DNA from: Octopus sinensis
Taxonomy: Eukaryota
Length of the DNA stretch: 64,000 bases
Direction of reading: 5' to 3'
NCBI RefSeq assembly: GCF_006345805.1
Contig: NC_043013.1
Coordinates: 27,962,001 to 28,026,000, forward strand
Shown: piece after piece, positions 27,117 to 41,165 of the stretch
Layout of the letters: every line of letters starts with the position of its first letter
How positions within the stretch are numbered: position 1 is the stretch's first letter
Program-made: the position numbers and the translations under genes
Notes under the pieces: generated by a model
What the model saw: the letters and a program-made list of their open reading frames with translations, nothing else
Database searches by the model: none
Told to the model about the DNA's origin: nothing

Positions 27117-29485
27117 ATATTATATATATATAAAGAGAATAAAAATCAGTTCAATGGGTGGGGGCATTGAATAAACATAGAGCTTACATTGGTAATTTAA
27201 TAATTTACACATCCAAGATGGTGATATCTGGTACCACTGTAGAATGACTACATTACCAAAACATATAACTCAGTGACAATATGAGCTGGTGAAAGTTGGT
27301 AATAAAACAAGATCAAACCCTTAAAAAGACACCTCTGTAAGCAATGGGTTATAAATATGGGAAATTGATAAGTGGAAATTTACTATGGGGTGAGCAGACA
27401 GCAAGAGAAATCAAGCATTTCGGCCTGTTAGTTTTTGACACTCTAAGGGAGCTAAGTCCACCTAGGTAGTGACTCCTAGGCATTCTCCTGCTATTTTGGA
27501 AATGAGTAACATATAATTGTTTTTTAGGCTCAGGCCAGCCCTGGTCAAACAGATTTTTAATCAAAGAGATTCTTTTCTACTCTAGGCACAAGACCTGAAA
27601 TTTTTAGGGAGGGAGCCAGTTGATTAGATCAATTCCAGTATGCAACTGGTACTTAATTTATCGATCCTGAAAGGATGAAAGGCAAAGTCAGCCTCGTTGG
27701 AATTTGAACTTAGAATGTAAAGACAGACGAAATACTGCTAAGCATTTTGCCCAGCAAGCTAACATTTCTGCCAGCTCGCCTCCTTCTTTAATCAAAGATA
27801 TTACAACTGTGATTATTCCAGTTTTTACCCAACATATCTAGAACTATATTGTTCAATGTATCCTTCTTTTTATAAGAAAGCAGAGTCGGATTTGCTTCAG
27901 GCAGATTTAGTTGCTATATCAAATACATAGATGTTCTCGTGGCATTGTATAGTTCCATTTAGCTGCATGGCTGAATTCATGTCTTCTCATGGAAATGGGT
28001 TTGATCTGTCAGATTGAATTGCCCAAAACGCAATCCATATAAATTGAAAGTCCTCAGGGCACACCAACAAACCAATACTAATATGGGATTCACAATTACC
28101 CTACAAGTAACTATCTAGGGTCTCCTTTTGTCAGGGTTGGTTATGGGTTTCTGCACCAGGGAAGTTCCTCCCCAAAGCAAAGGCTTTGGCAAAGTGGTTT
28201 TCTCTTTTGAATTCTAGCACTTGCCCATGCAGGCAACTCCCCTCCACCTCCCCACACCACCAATGACATCCAAGGCTCATATAACTTGGCAGCAATTGCT
28301 GTTAGAACTCACAAAGAGCCCAAAAAGATATTGCAAAGGCACTGCATTCAATACTGTAACAGTTACACAAATTCACTAATTTGGATTGGATAATTTTTTA
28401 TTACTTCCCCACCCCACAAACAATGAAAGCCAAAACTAATCCTGAGAGAATTTGAACACAGATCACAAAGTCAGAACAAATACTACAAGCCATTCCATCT
28501 GATGCTCTATCGATTCTGCCAAATCGCAACCTTACCACAAGCTACATTGGTTTTATATTTAGAGGACAGATGTTATCAGCATGTATTGTTTCACCAATAA
28601 GGTCTTGGTTTCCATATGATATAAAATTAAAGGGAAACTCATTGCTTTCGTCTCTCCACAAAACTATTGATTGTCAAAACTCTGAAAAGTCTGCTATTCT
28701 TAATGAAATTGTGATTTTCATTTTTTTTTTCATAACATAAGTATTAATGGAATAAATGAAGCAAAGTGGTTTTAGCAGGGAATCAAAATAAATGGTGGAA
28801 CATCACTCAATAGGATATTATATCCACTCAGAGATGCTTGCATCCAACAAGGGAAGTTTTACACAGTCACTCAACCTTTTAGAAAGAGCAACCAAATTTC
28901 CCTCAAATCTTTTGTAGCCATCATAAAAACAGAGGAAGGGCATACTGGACACTGTAGTCCTTGATATACAAAAAGACAGGACAATAATGATTGGAGTAAT
29001 GTCTTTGACCAAAGATTGGCTCGATAAGTGTAGATGCCATGAAGGTTAAACAACAGAAAACACAGCAGTAGAAATAACTGCGATAATAATAACAAGAGCA
29101 CTCGGAGAGCGCAAACCTCTGCCAAAGCAACAGCAATGTCATTTCAACGATTAGCCAGAGACAATTTTTAAAATGAGAATTTCTGAAATAAACTCAACTG
29201 CTCTCATAAATGAGAATACTAAAACTGAACCTGACCACACTCAAAAATTAAGAGAGAAAAAACAGGAAAAATAATCCAGAATCCTTGTCTGGTACTGGAT
29301 CAATCCCAAAATCTAATCAGTTTGTGTCAGTCACAAGGCCAAACATCCCTGAAAGTTTCATTCGAATCCATCCAGTGGTTTTTGAGATATCTTGTCCATG
29401 GACAAACAAACAAACAAACACAACTGAAAAACAATACCTCTGCCTTCGTTAAGGCAGACTTGATAAAATATAATATAGTACTTAC

Positions 29486-29835
29486 TTTTATTGTTTTTGT
29501 TACTGTTGTTACAATTTCCCGAAGAAAGCTCTGTATCAGTTGAACCAGATATTACATTTGTATCAGACAAGTTTTTTTTACCAAAATTTGGAATACTCTC
29601 CTGACTACTCTGAAATGTTGCCATGGCAATTATCTTCCGTTTATGATTGCACAGCTTGGTAAGATCCTCAGCGCAGTTCACATCATTGACAGTCCACTGG
29701 CGAGACACAACACTAACATCAAAATTAAACACTTTGTCTACAAGAACAGGACATTGCAGACCACATTTACACGTCCCTTCTGTTGACAGGTAATCCTGGA
29801 CTTGTTGGACAGATGATAAACGTGTGTTACTGGGA
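29486..29835 (-). CDS. MBD5: Internal coding exon of an MBD5/MBD6-like (Drosophila sba-like) protein: C-terminal half of the MBD domain plus downstream conserved block
   Basis: Minus strand: acceptor tttttttcAG|T CCC AGT AAC (phase 2), donor AAC AAT AAA A|GTAAGT (phase 1), 116 full codons with no stop. Translation (S)[80 protein letters not shown].. aligns without gaps to human MBD5 as I recall it ([58 protein letters not shown]). The invertebrate gene is probably co-orthologous to MBD5 and MBD6. Confidence 0.93.
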
Positions 29836-30064
29836 CTGAAAAAAAAGAGAAGATAAAAACAATTATAGCAAAGAATTTAAATTTGAAAAACGAATTTTAA
29901 TTTTCATTATCTATGAATTATATATACAATGAGAATGAGTGCTCAATACTGCATTAGTGGATAAATATTCTTTACTTGTGGATTAACAAGGCAACCGAAG
30001 GTTTCATGCTGAAGAGGTCTCCACAATTATTTAAGCAAAGCACATGGGAACATTAGTACTTATC

Positions 30065-30118
<54 letters not shown>

Positions 30119-30614
30119 CACAAAACAAATTTTTCTATCTATTTTAGAAGTTTTGTTCTTAGCATTGTTTGATACTAATGTGTGCTTCGAGCATTGTATG
30201 TTGTTTTTATTATAAGAATTTTTCTTTCATTTTTTTTCCTTCACTTTGGGGAACTTTGAGAGATAGGAAATAAATAATTTTAACAGTGGAACTCGAAGCA
30301 CATATACAGCTATAATTATTAGCATGTAGAAAATTGGTTTGAAAAACCTTTGAATAAAAAAAAAAAATCAATGGCTGCTAGCAAAACAAGAACCCACACC
30401 TCCTGTAAACATGGCAGTTGTGTGCCTATGAGCAGCCATTGGCTTTTTTCCAACCAAGGTTTTTTTTTTTAACCCAATAACTAACAAGCTGTTATTTATC
30501 GCCTCATCTCCTTAAAATGATTTGTTTCAAACCTCTCAAAGTTTCTAAAAATGGAGGGGAAAAAAAGAAGAAAGAATTAAAAAGTCTTATAATGTAAACA
30601 TAATGTTTATATTT

Positions 30615-30985
30615 TTGGTGTCCCTAAAACATGTATACACACTTTTGCAGCCCATAACTCACTAGATATTTCTTATGTTTCAGGTGCAACCAGTTATAAA
30701 TAATGGCTGAGATGAAACTAAGCTCTAAATAAAAGGAAAGGAAATTTATTCTGAAATGCTTTTGGAAGCAGGAGGATGTAATTGAAGTGCAAAGACATTT
30801 TAGAAAGTAGCTTCAAACATATCCACCATAGTGACTAACCATTTCTAGAATTAGAGATAAGTTTGAGGCAGAAAGATATGTTCAAGATATCTATAAGATG
30901 TTCTGGAAGACTTGCAGATGTCCGTGAGTTTCACAAAAGGTTAATTTGTGTGTAAATGATGTTTTTGTGCGAAAACCGTTTTTAT
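30615..30985 (+). mobile_element. Degenerate Tc1/mariner-superfamily DNA transposon, internally deleted, with N-terminal HTH relic
   Basis: ATG at 30703 gives MAEMKLSSK*KERKFILKCFWKQEDVIEVQRHFRK*LQTYPP**LTISRIRDKFEAER, resembling the DUF4817-type HTH of mariner-like transposases. Left TIR-like ggtgtccctaaaacatgtatacacactttt at ~30617; only a weak right-hand match at ~30945-30980. Confidence 0.7.
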
Positions 30986-31330
30986 TTTTTGTTTTGTTAT
31001 TTGTGAGGGATTTTTCTTTTGCATAGAAAAAAAAAAGGAATAAAAACAAGTTGCAAATTTCTAGTCAGCATTTACAAGAAAAGAAATGTTGATGGAATCT
31101 GTAAAATAGAAGTCTCATGTGCTGTAACAAAAGTAAATTTCTGACATCTCGGTTAAGTTACTTGTTTGTGGAAGACATGTTTTTCATATAATAAACATCC
31201 CACTTGGTATACATTGAGATAACTAGCTAAAAAAAAAAAAAAAAATCAATACTATTTTGTTTAGTAATATTCGAAAACGAAATGATAATAATAATAATAA
31301 TAATAATAATAATATTAATAATAATAATAA

Positions 31331-32560
31331 TGGTTTCCAATTTTGGCACAAGGCCAGCAAGTTTGCAAGTGCTCAACTGGTACTTATTTTATTGACCCTC
31401 AATGGATAAAAGGCAAAGTCAACTTTGGCGGAATTTGATCTCAGAGTGTAAAGATGGACAAAATGCTGCTAAGCATTTTTACCCAATGTGCTAACAATTC
31501 TGGCATTTGATGATCATGATCATCATCATCATGATTATGATGATGATAATAATAATAATCTTTTCTACTCTAGGCACAAGGTCCGAATTTTGGGGGAGGG
31601 GGCCAGTTGATTAGATCGACCCCAGTGCGCGACTGGTACTTAATTTATTGACTTGAAAGGATGAAAGGCAAAGTCAACTGCAGTGGAATAATAATGATAT
31701 TGATTTCAAACTTTGAACAAGGCCAGCAATTTTGAGAAGGAGGTAACTCGATTACATCAACCCCAGTGCATAACTGGTACTTATTTTATCACCCTTGAAA
31801 GGATGAAAGGCAAAGTTACCCTCAGCAGAATTTGAACTCAGAACATAGCAACAGGCGAAATACCACTAAGCATTTCGTAACGGTGTGCTAACAATTCTGC
31901 CAGCTTGCTGCCTTAAAAATGAGAATAATAATAATAAATAATAATAATAATAATAATAATGGTTTCCAATTTTGGCACAAGGCCAGCAAGTTTGCAAGTG
32001 CTCAACTGGTACTTATTTTATTGACCCTCAATGGATAAAAGGCAAAGTCAACTTTGGCGGAATTTGATCTCAGAGTGTAAAGATGGACAAAATGCTGCTA
32101 AGCATTTTTACCCAATGTGCTAACAATTCTGGCATTTGATGATCATGATCATCATCATCATGATTATGATGATGATAATAATAATAATCTTTTCTACTCT
32201 AGGCACAAGGTCCGAAATTTTGGGGGAGGGGGCCAGTTGATTAGATCGACCCCAGTGCGCGACTGGTACTTAATTTATTGACTTGAAAGGATGAAAGGCA
32301 AAGTCAACTGCAGTGGAATAATAATGATATTGATTTCAAACTTTGAACAAGGCCAGCAATTTTGAGAAGGAGGTAACTCGATTACATCAACCCCAGTGCA
32401 TAACTGGTACTTATTTTATCACCCTTGAAAGGATGAAAGGCAAAGTTACCCTCAGCAGAATTTGAACTCAGAACATAGCAACAGGCGAAATACCACTAAG
32501 CATTTCGTAACGGTGTGCTAACAATTCTGCCAGCTTGCTGCCTTAAAAATGAGAATAATA
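31331..32560 (+). repeat. ~630-bp direct tandem duplication of a SINE cluster (2 copies)
   Basis: tggtttccaattttggcacaagg at 31331 and 31960; ccttaaaaatgag at 31911 and 32541. The copies are essentially identical and bounded by (AAT)n. Confidence 0.95.
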
Positions 32561-32581
32561 ATAATAATAATAATAATAATG

Positions 32582-32666
<85 letters not shown>

Positions 32667-32672
32667 TAATAA
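32553..32672. repeat. (AAT)n trinucleotide tract
   Basis: Direct reading. Others: (GAT)n 5717-5832, (TTA)n 41115-41220 and 41913-41990, (GATA)n/(GA)n 19895-20020. Confidence 0.97.
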
Positions 32673-35479
32673 TGTTTTATTTATTAACTACTAAGAGTTC
32701 ACAAAAAGTGCTGGGGACAGTACAGGACAATATACCAACAACTATGCTGCTACTGCTACTGATGATGATGATGAAAATTTGGGTTTCTTACAGACAGTGG
32801 CTTCTGAGATATCAGGGAAAAGAGACTGAAGCAATGAATCAAGCAAACAGGATAATAATAAAAGGCATCTAATATTTTTATAATTAGCTATGATGTTGAA
32901 ATGCTGGGAATGATGCTAGTGATGCGTGATGATTTCTGTTACATTTCGATGTTTATCTCTGCCAAGTGATCATGTTAGACTAAATTGCTGTGAAATTATA
33001 AATAACTCCAGTGATCTCCACCCCCGTGGTTCCCATAATGCGCAAAAAAAAAGAAAAAAAAAAAGAAAGAATTCACAGGACACATCTTTGATAACTGCCT
33101 TTGGAGCATGTCCATGTTGCATCAATCATTATTTCATGATAGAAATATAACTTTTTTTTTTTTTTAATGTATCTGTCACTTTTAAGGTTGCTCAAAGAAA
33201 GTCTTATATATTTGTCAATGGATATCAAGATGAAATATCAATAATAGGATATCCAGCCAAGAGATTGGCAGTTTGTATTCCATCATTGATAGAATTTCCG
33301 AACTAGCCCAGTTTTTACCTATCTATAGATGGTACAAAAGTGAGGGAACATCTTGCCAATATAAAGAACTACAGTACAGTAAAATTGGTTTCAAATTCTG
33401 GCACAAGGCCAGCAATGTCAGGGCGAGGGGATAAGTCAATTACATCAACTCCAGTACACAACTGGTACTTATTTTATTGACCTCCAAAAGGATGAAAGAC
33501 AAAGCTAACCTTGGTAGAACTTGAACTCAGAATGTGAAGATGGGTGAAATGCTGCTGAGCATGTTGCCCAGTGCTCCAATGATCCTGCCAGCTCACCGCC
33601 TTGCAGTACAACAGAATTGACAAATGTCTTCTTAGTTTATAATGCTGACTACAGCTGTTCTCTGTGGTCATTTTTCATTTTACCATCTTTTCTTAACAAA
33701 TTAAATTCTTTGTGGCTTAGTCAGAAAAGAAATAACGGTACCCATGCTCTTTTAGCTGGGACTCGATGGAGTGGGGAAGATACGAAGATCTCGCTATCCT
33801 CAGATTGGAGATATTGTCTAAATGCTTACATAAGAATGGTCTTGCCAAAAGCTTCGAAAGGCCATGTGGTAGTATCCAACAGGAAAACTGGTTAAGTTTA
33901 ACTTTTAGGGTAGGCAGAAGCATTAGCATTGATAAAAGAAGATAAGGGGCTGATCCACCATCCAACAGGGGGTGACTTTATATATTTTAAAGAGCTCTAA
34001 CACTCATAAGATTGTGGGGTTTAACCAGGTTCCCATAGCATATAAGCAACTAAGATTACAATACTACCCCACTTGGTGGGATGCCAATCAATTGCAGGGT
34101 TAATTTCTCAGTTATTACTGGAACTCATTTATAGATGAATAAGAATGGTTCTATGTGAAATGAAGTGTTTTGTTCAAGAATACATCACACTGACCAGTCT
34201 GGAATTGAAACCATGATCTTACTATCCTGAGTGAAATACCCTAACTACTAGCCACACACCTTCACTTTATTCATGTATTATACTGCATTTTTCATGGAGA
34301 ACCATTTCTGCAGAGATTTTTGTCTACCTAATTATATTCTCAAGGTTTGAGTCAACTGAAATCCATGGCAGAAGGCAATACTCAAGGTACCATGGGATCA
34401 AATCTGATTCCACGTGATTCCAAAGTAAAATTCTTAACCACATAGCCATACTTAAGACTAACATTCTATCAAGGAGAAAGCTATCTTTGATTTATTTAAC
34501 ATCACAGAGTTCCATGAAAGTACAGCTACACAAAAAACAAATCTAAAGAAGCCAAACTTAAAACAGTAAACAACTAATTTGAATGGTGAAGGAAATATTA
34601 ATTTTACTAACGTTGTCCCAGGGCCACACATGTTTGGGAATGGTGCTTTTTGGAAGGATGAAAGTCAAACCTGGTGCTATATGAACTCAGAGTATAAAGG
34701 CAAACAACTAAATACTGCTAAGCATTTTCTCTACCATTTTAACAATCTACTGCCTAAGAACTGGAAAGTAACATTTTACTTCAGTAACAAAAAGATTCTT
34801 TTGAAAGACATAGAAAGAAACAACTAACAATATTTGGATTGATTTCTTTCTCCAATTTCATACAGAAGATCATTATACCAATGAATGAGAATTACCATTT
34901 CCATTCTTGAAATTACACCATGCAGTAATGGTGTTCTACTGATCTTTTGTTTATCCAGTTCTCTAGAATTATCTCTTATGTTTTCAATGGAAGCACCATT
35001 ATTTATAGAAATGGTCTACAAGGGTGAAATCTAATTTATTGAAAGCAATAGACCAATGCTACAGCTAGAAGTGAAAACAACAGAATATATACAGATATAT
35101 ACACACACACATGCGCCTATACATATATATGCACACAACACATGCATGTGTATATGCTCACATATATGTATATATACACATATATACATTCATGTACATA
35201 TGAGGGCACATGGCCAAGTGATTAGGAGGTTGGCTGCATGATCAAAAGACTGTGACAACAATTCCGTTCTTGGGCCAGGTGGTATATGATATATTGTGTT
35301 CTTGAGCAAGACACTTCATTTCAGTCTACTTGACTGAAATGAGTACCTATTGGTTGCTGGTACAACCCTCTCATTCTCTCTCTCTCTCTCTCTCCTCAGA
35401 AGGAGTAAAAGGATGTCAACATCTGCTCATGATTACACTGGCACATAAACAATTAGTGAAAGCAGGGTACAAGTTACCA

Positions 35480-35885
35480 AGTCATCCTAGTGCTTCCCAA
35501 CCCTGTGGTCTCAGGTTCAATCCCACTGTGTGGTACCTAGGACAAGTATCTTGTACAGCAGTGCTGCACTGACTGAAGCCTTGTGAGAGGACTTAGTAGA
35601 CAGAAACTGAACAAAGCCCGTCTCATGTATGTGTGTGTTTTGGATATTTGTATGAACTGATGTCTTGACATCATGTGATAGCTGTAAACAAGCATCACCA
35701 TCACACAAGTGGTGCTGATTGTTTCCAATCTTTTGTGAAAAACATGTTTGGTCATGGGGAAATATTACCTGGCTTGGAAACAAGTGTGAGTTGGTGACAA
35801 GAAGAGCATCTAGCTGTAGAAAATCTGCCTCAGCAAATTCTAGCCGACCCATGCAAGCATGGAAAAGTGGACATTAAATGAAGAT
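35480..35885 (+). mobile_element. SINE with family A head and an alternative (family C) tail
   Basis: Family A head, then ..ggggaaatattacc..aagagcatctagctgtagaaaatctgcctc..gcatggaaaagtggacattaaatga. The same tail occurs at ~11900-12075(+), 16890-17125(+), 18500-18690(-) and 59700-59960(-). Confidence 0.8.
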
Positions 35886-35959
35886 GATATCTGTGTGTAA
35901 ATACATGCATACATACATTTATCTATATACACGTGTGTATATCTATCTATCTATCTATA

Positions 35960-36046
<87 letters not shown>

Positions 36047-36588
36047 ATACACACACATACATATTCATATACACATATGTATGCATTCATACATATGTAT
36101 TTGTGAGTGTATATGTATAAGTGTATTTATATGTACATATACATATGTACACACACGTAAGTTTAAAAGAAATACCAACTGTGAAAGAATCTACAGTGAA
36201 TAAAAATTTATTTAGACTGAGAAGAGTTAAAAGTAAAGAAAGGAAAGAAAAGCAATGCCAGAATGGGTTTTAGGACAACTGAACAGATTACGATGAAAAA
36301 CATTCATTGGATATGTTTAAATTGTAGCTTGTGTATTTATATATGTATTTTGTTTGTTTCTTCTTCTTTTTTAAATCAGCAAACACGCTAAAACGAAATT
36401 GTATGAGTGCAGTAAAGAATGTTCCATTAGCTTCAATTAGATGAATGTCACCAAAAGTACTACTTTTAGAATACGTTAAGAGAGAGGACAGAATGATGAC
36501 TGCAAACCACTCTTTAGCCACACAAAAACAGGCACAAATACACAAATAACCACATACACACACAAACACACAGTCCTTCCTGCAACAC

Positions 36589-36628
<40 letters not shown>

Positions 36629-37409
36629 GCGTATATACAACTATATCACATTCTTTCAATTTCATGAACAAAACAAAAAATAAATAATAAATAAAAGAAG
36701 AATAAATATTTGTTATTTACACTGTAAGACTGTTACACCCGCTAAAGTGAAATAATGGCTCTACATTTATATTTTATATCAACACCTCATTCTCTCATGA
36801 CATTGGCCAAAGCACTTTACTTTGCATTCCTTCATCAATATTACCTAATACACCTCTTACCAAATTTCCCTTCTCTTATTTACCAGTTGCTAAAGTAAAT
36901 ATAAATTCCCTTGCCACCCACCCACACAAACATACAAACACACACACACACTTTTATCGTATTCACAACTTCACACATGACAAACCAAATTAAAAAATAC
37001 TATCTTCCTTCATCCTCTCTGGACCAATATTTCAAAAGTAATCTATCCATCTATTTATCTATCTATCTATTTGTCAATCGATCTGTGTCTATTTGTCTAT
37101 CTATCTATGTATCTATCTCTATCTCTCTTGTTCTGTGCACCTATGTATTTATATACAGCTGCATATCTTTCTAAATCTATTTCTATCCATCTACTCATCC
37201 ATTTGATGCATGCCGTGGAGAAAGTTGGTCAAAGGCTTTGCAAGCAACCAACAAATTGGACACACTTATGTCCTTGTTTCCCATCCTGAAAAGATACTGC
37301 CTCAAGTGTGATATTAAATATCTACACCATGTTGTTAACCATGCTTGTCTCTCTCTCTCACAAATCTCTCAGATGGTTATCCAATTGAACTTTCCACTCA
37401 GGCCTTAAA

Positions 37410-37640
37410 CTGGAATTGAATCAGACATGTCTTCAGACAAAATCAAGAAAGGGATTGTATGGTGACAGCCTAAGGGGAAGAGAACAGAAAGCAACAGGGC
37501 ACTCTAAAACCACATGGCAAAGGACCATTGACAAAAATAGGTGGAGAGACTGGAATGACACCAGAACAGTGTCAGAAAACACAGCTGGTTGCAGAGCTCA
37601 TGTTGCAGCTTTATGTGCCTCATGGCACAGACAGAACTAA
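37410..37640 (+). mobile_element. RTE-clade LINE 3' end relic
   Basis: Translation ..PKGKR..TGHSKTTWQRTI..W.DW..CRAHVAALCASWH matches the RTE C-terminal pattern GKRxRGRPKxTWRRT..WRxxVxALC. Confidence 0.75.
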
Positions 37641-38705
37641 TCAACTATCTGGCCCTAAAGCTGAATCTATCTCACAATTATTCCTCCCTCGCCATACCTT
37701 CACCACCAATCAAAAACAGCCTCTCAAATTGCTACTCCCTCATTCCTTAAATTCAAAAACTGAAATACTTTAAACATTTATTTTACTTGTAAACCTACAA
37801 CAACCTGTTCGACTGCTTGTAACAGGTTGTTTTTTTTTGTTTTTGTTTTTTTGCTTTTATTTTCTTAAAATGTAATATGGTCCTTATCAATTTTCCCTTT
37901 ACCTGACCAACTTAATGGAATAACAGACTGGCAGTAATATCTGAAAAAAGTACCATCATCACCATGACCACCACCACAACCACCACCACTGTTGTAGTCA
38001 CTATCACCTCTGCCACCACCATCATCTTCATCATCATCATCATTAATATTATTGATATTATTCGGATCTCTCAATGACAGCTCACGCTACATCTAATCTA
38101 ACACTACATTAATATCATTAATCGAAAAGTGGACATAATTATAAGCTCCTCATAAAAAAAACATATATCTATTTCAAACTATTAAGGTTTGAAACAAGTA
38201 CTTAGAGACATTTCAAGTTATTTATTTGCATGTGTGTGTGTGTTTGTGTGTGTGTGTTTGTGTGTGTGTGTGTTACATTGCACCTATATATTCATACACA
38301 CATTATTACACACACATATCTATTCAGAAGAATAATTCATTACACATAAACTCACATATCAAATCTATATCTATGTTCTCTCTCTCTCTCTTTCCCCATG
38401 GGTCGTAAGAAGATGATAATAAATATTGAAAGTAACTAAGAAATACGAGTTAATGGCAAGCAAATGCCCACCATCATCCCACCCTCCTCCTCCTCCTGCT
38501 CTTCCTACTCATCATCATCATCATTGTCATAAACAACCATTGTTGTTCCATTTTGAGGTTGATAAAACATGTTTCTAAACAAGCTTAATGTGTTTAGAAC
38601 CTTAAAAGTCCAGAATATAGTATTTAATTTATGTAGATTTAATATTTAAAATAATAACCAGTTTGCTATTTTCAATCGTTTTGTTTTAAACATGCACGCG
38701 CTCGC

Positions 38706-38756
<51 letters not shown>

Positions 38757-39647
38757 CAATCCAATAAATTGATTAAGTTGAGCATAATGCTTTGACAGAT
38801 CAAAATGAAAACCAAAATAATAACAGTGATCATTGGAGCTTTGGGATTCACCAAAGGAAGAGAATGGAGATATCACCAACTGTGTGCGTGTGTGTATGTT
38901 TGTGTGATCATCATCCTCTAACATCCATTTTCCAAGTTGGCATAGGTTACACACACACACATTAGTATTGAATAGCAAGTACGAATGCTCAATACCACAT
39001 TGATAGATAAATATTCTTTATTGGTGGATTAACAAGGCAACCAATGGTTTCATGCGACAGAGATCTCTCCAATTGTTTAAGCTCACCATGTGGGAATCTT
39101 GATACTCCTCTCCATACACGTAAGCACATAGGTGCAACACAAGTTTGAAAATAGTACTTTAATACAAAAGGTCGAGTAAAATGCTATTTTATCAAAGGTT
39201 AAAAAAACTTTACAAATTGTTACTCGGTGTTTTACATGACCGGTCCTCAGACATTTGTGATCATAGAGACTAAATATTGCAGGCATCATCAATATTTATA
39301 CAATTCAGAAGATCGCCTTGATGAAAACAACCCACACACTACAGAGTGTACTGTCAATCAAGTAACATTTTCCTCATGGCACCTCAAGTCAATCTTCCTG
39401 TTTTATATATTGTAGAGTCAGGTCCAGTTTAGACTTGACCCAGGACTGTAGTGTTAACAAAGAAACATACTGTGGAAAGACTTTCCTATTTAAACGATGT
39501 CTAAATTTAACAATAATAATGGTTTATAACTGATATATTTATATGTAAATATATTAACAATAGTCTTTCAGTTCTAGAAAAATGGTTTTGCAATTTCTTG
39601 TTGAACAACCTACATAGATGATTTGCTTATAGTGAGCAAATGTTAAA

Positions 39648-39754
<107 letters not shown>

Positions 39755-39946
39755 GGGCACCACTGTAGAGAGCTGGTATTTTGTTTATTTATCAGCCCTA
39801 TAAGGCTTGAAAGGTAAAATTGACCTTGGTAAGATCTGACCTCAGAATCAGAGTTCTGAGAATAATTGGAACATATTGCTACTAGGTGTTCTATGAATAT
39901 TTTAATGATTATATCATCTCACCATCTCATACGCACGCACACACAT

Positions 39947-40009
<63 letters not shown>

Positions 40010-41113
40010 TTACTGTTCTGTTTAAGTAAGATCAAAAAAAAACAAAGTACTCTGTCCAATGAGAGTTGAAAAGATCATTTAATGTACACAGTATAAAGAC
40101 ACCAGCTAGAAAACCAGTAGTAGCTCATATCTTTATACTGTATCCATTAAATGATATATATATATATATACATATACAGGTGTGGCTGTGTGATAAGAAG
40201 TTTGCTTGCAAACAACATGGTTCTGGGTTCAGTCGCAACGCATGACACTTTGGGCAAGTGTCTTCTACTATAACACTGGACTAACTGAAGCCTTGTGAGC
40301 AGATTTGGTAGAGAGAAACTGAAAGAAGCCCATTGTGTGTGTGTGCTTGTCCCTCCCTAATGCATGACGACAGATGTCGGTCTGTTTACATCCCTTTCAT
40401 TTAGCAGTTGTTTGTTGAAACTAAAAATCCTTCAAGACGATGGACCCAGCATGGCCACAGTCCAACAACTGAAGCAAGTAAAAGATAAAGATATCTCACA
40501 CGCGCGCACGCACAAATATGTGTTAAGAAAATATAAGGACATAAATTTTATGTCACTTTTAAGTAGTAGATGTATAAATTAAATATATATATCTGCTTTT
40601 AATGTGAGAGCATATGAGCAATATAAAGAAGTAGCACTACACCTCCTCAGTATTAATAATAATAAAACAGAAAGCCTAATAATTTGGACACGTCATCAAG
40701 GGAAATTGTGAGAATGGTAGTAAAAAGGTCATCAGGTTTAAAATGGTGAATGACGCTAACATGCAAAGGTGGTCAATAGAGAAATTGTTGGATGATATAA
40801 AAGAGGCCGCATGCTTTCTTCAATCTGCAGGAGTTATGTGTGGATGTGTGCGGAAGTATGTGGTTGTGCGAGTGTGAGTGTGTAGGGGTGGGGTTGGGGG
40901 TTGATTAGAGGTTTGTGCGAGATCTACAGATCTGAGGGTCCACAAAAAGTCTTGCATGACTTGAGGGAATAATAAGAATGATGAGAACATCTTACTTAAG
41001 AAAATGCAACAATGATAATGCTGATGTTGATGTTTAAGTGCTTAATTATTTCAAAGGATAAGTCAGAAATGGTTTAGAAGACACTTCAATGGTTTGAACA
41101 TCTATTTACTGAC

Positions 41114-41165
<52 letters not shown>

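Noticed and set aside
33717-33990. PVGW, PVGY..YVS and PRGW (33000-33030) motifs as the missing N-terminal MBD exon
   Set aside because: They have wrong spacing, in-frame stops and no phase-2 GT donor. The same applies to CGWQAEVLNGL* at ~56550-56585.
34896-35015. 120-bp phase 0-0 exon-like frame TISINNGASIENIRDNSRELDKQKISRTPLLHGVISRMEM
   Set aside because: Its phase is incompatible with the phase-2 MBD acceptor, it would interrupt the domain, and no homology was recognised. Kept only as a possible pseudo-exon.
37800-37840. 10-bp perfect hairpin ACAACCTGTT/AACAGGTTGT followed by a T-run
   Set aside because: It resembles a bacterial intrinsic terminator, but this is eukaryotic intron DNA and the stem is too short for a pre-miRNA.
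37865-38074. 69-aa Asp/Gly-rich ORF ending IPLSWS
   Set aside because: It is mostly GAT/GGT trinucleotide repeats, and the IPLSW similarity to VPxGW does not extend.
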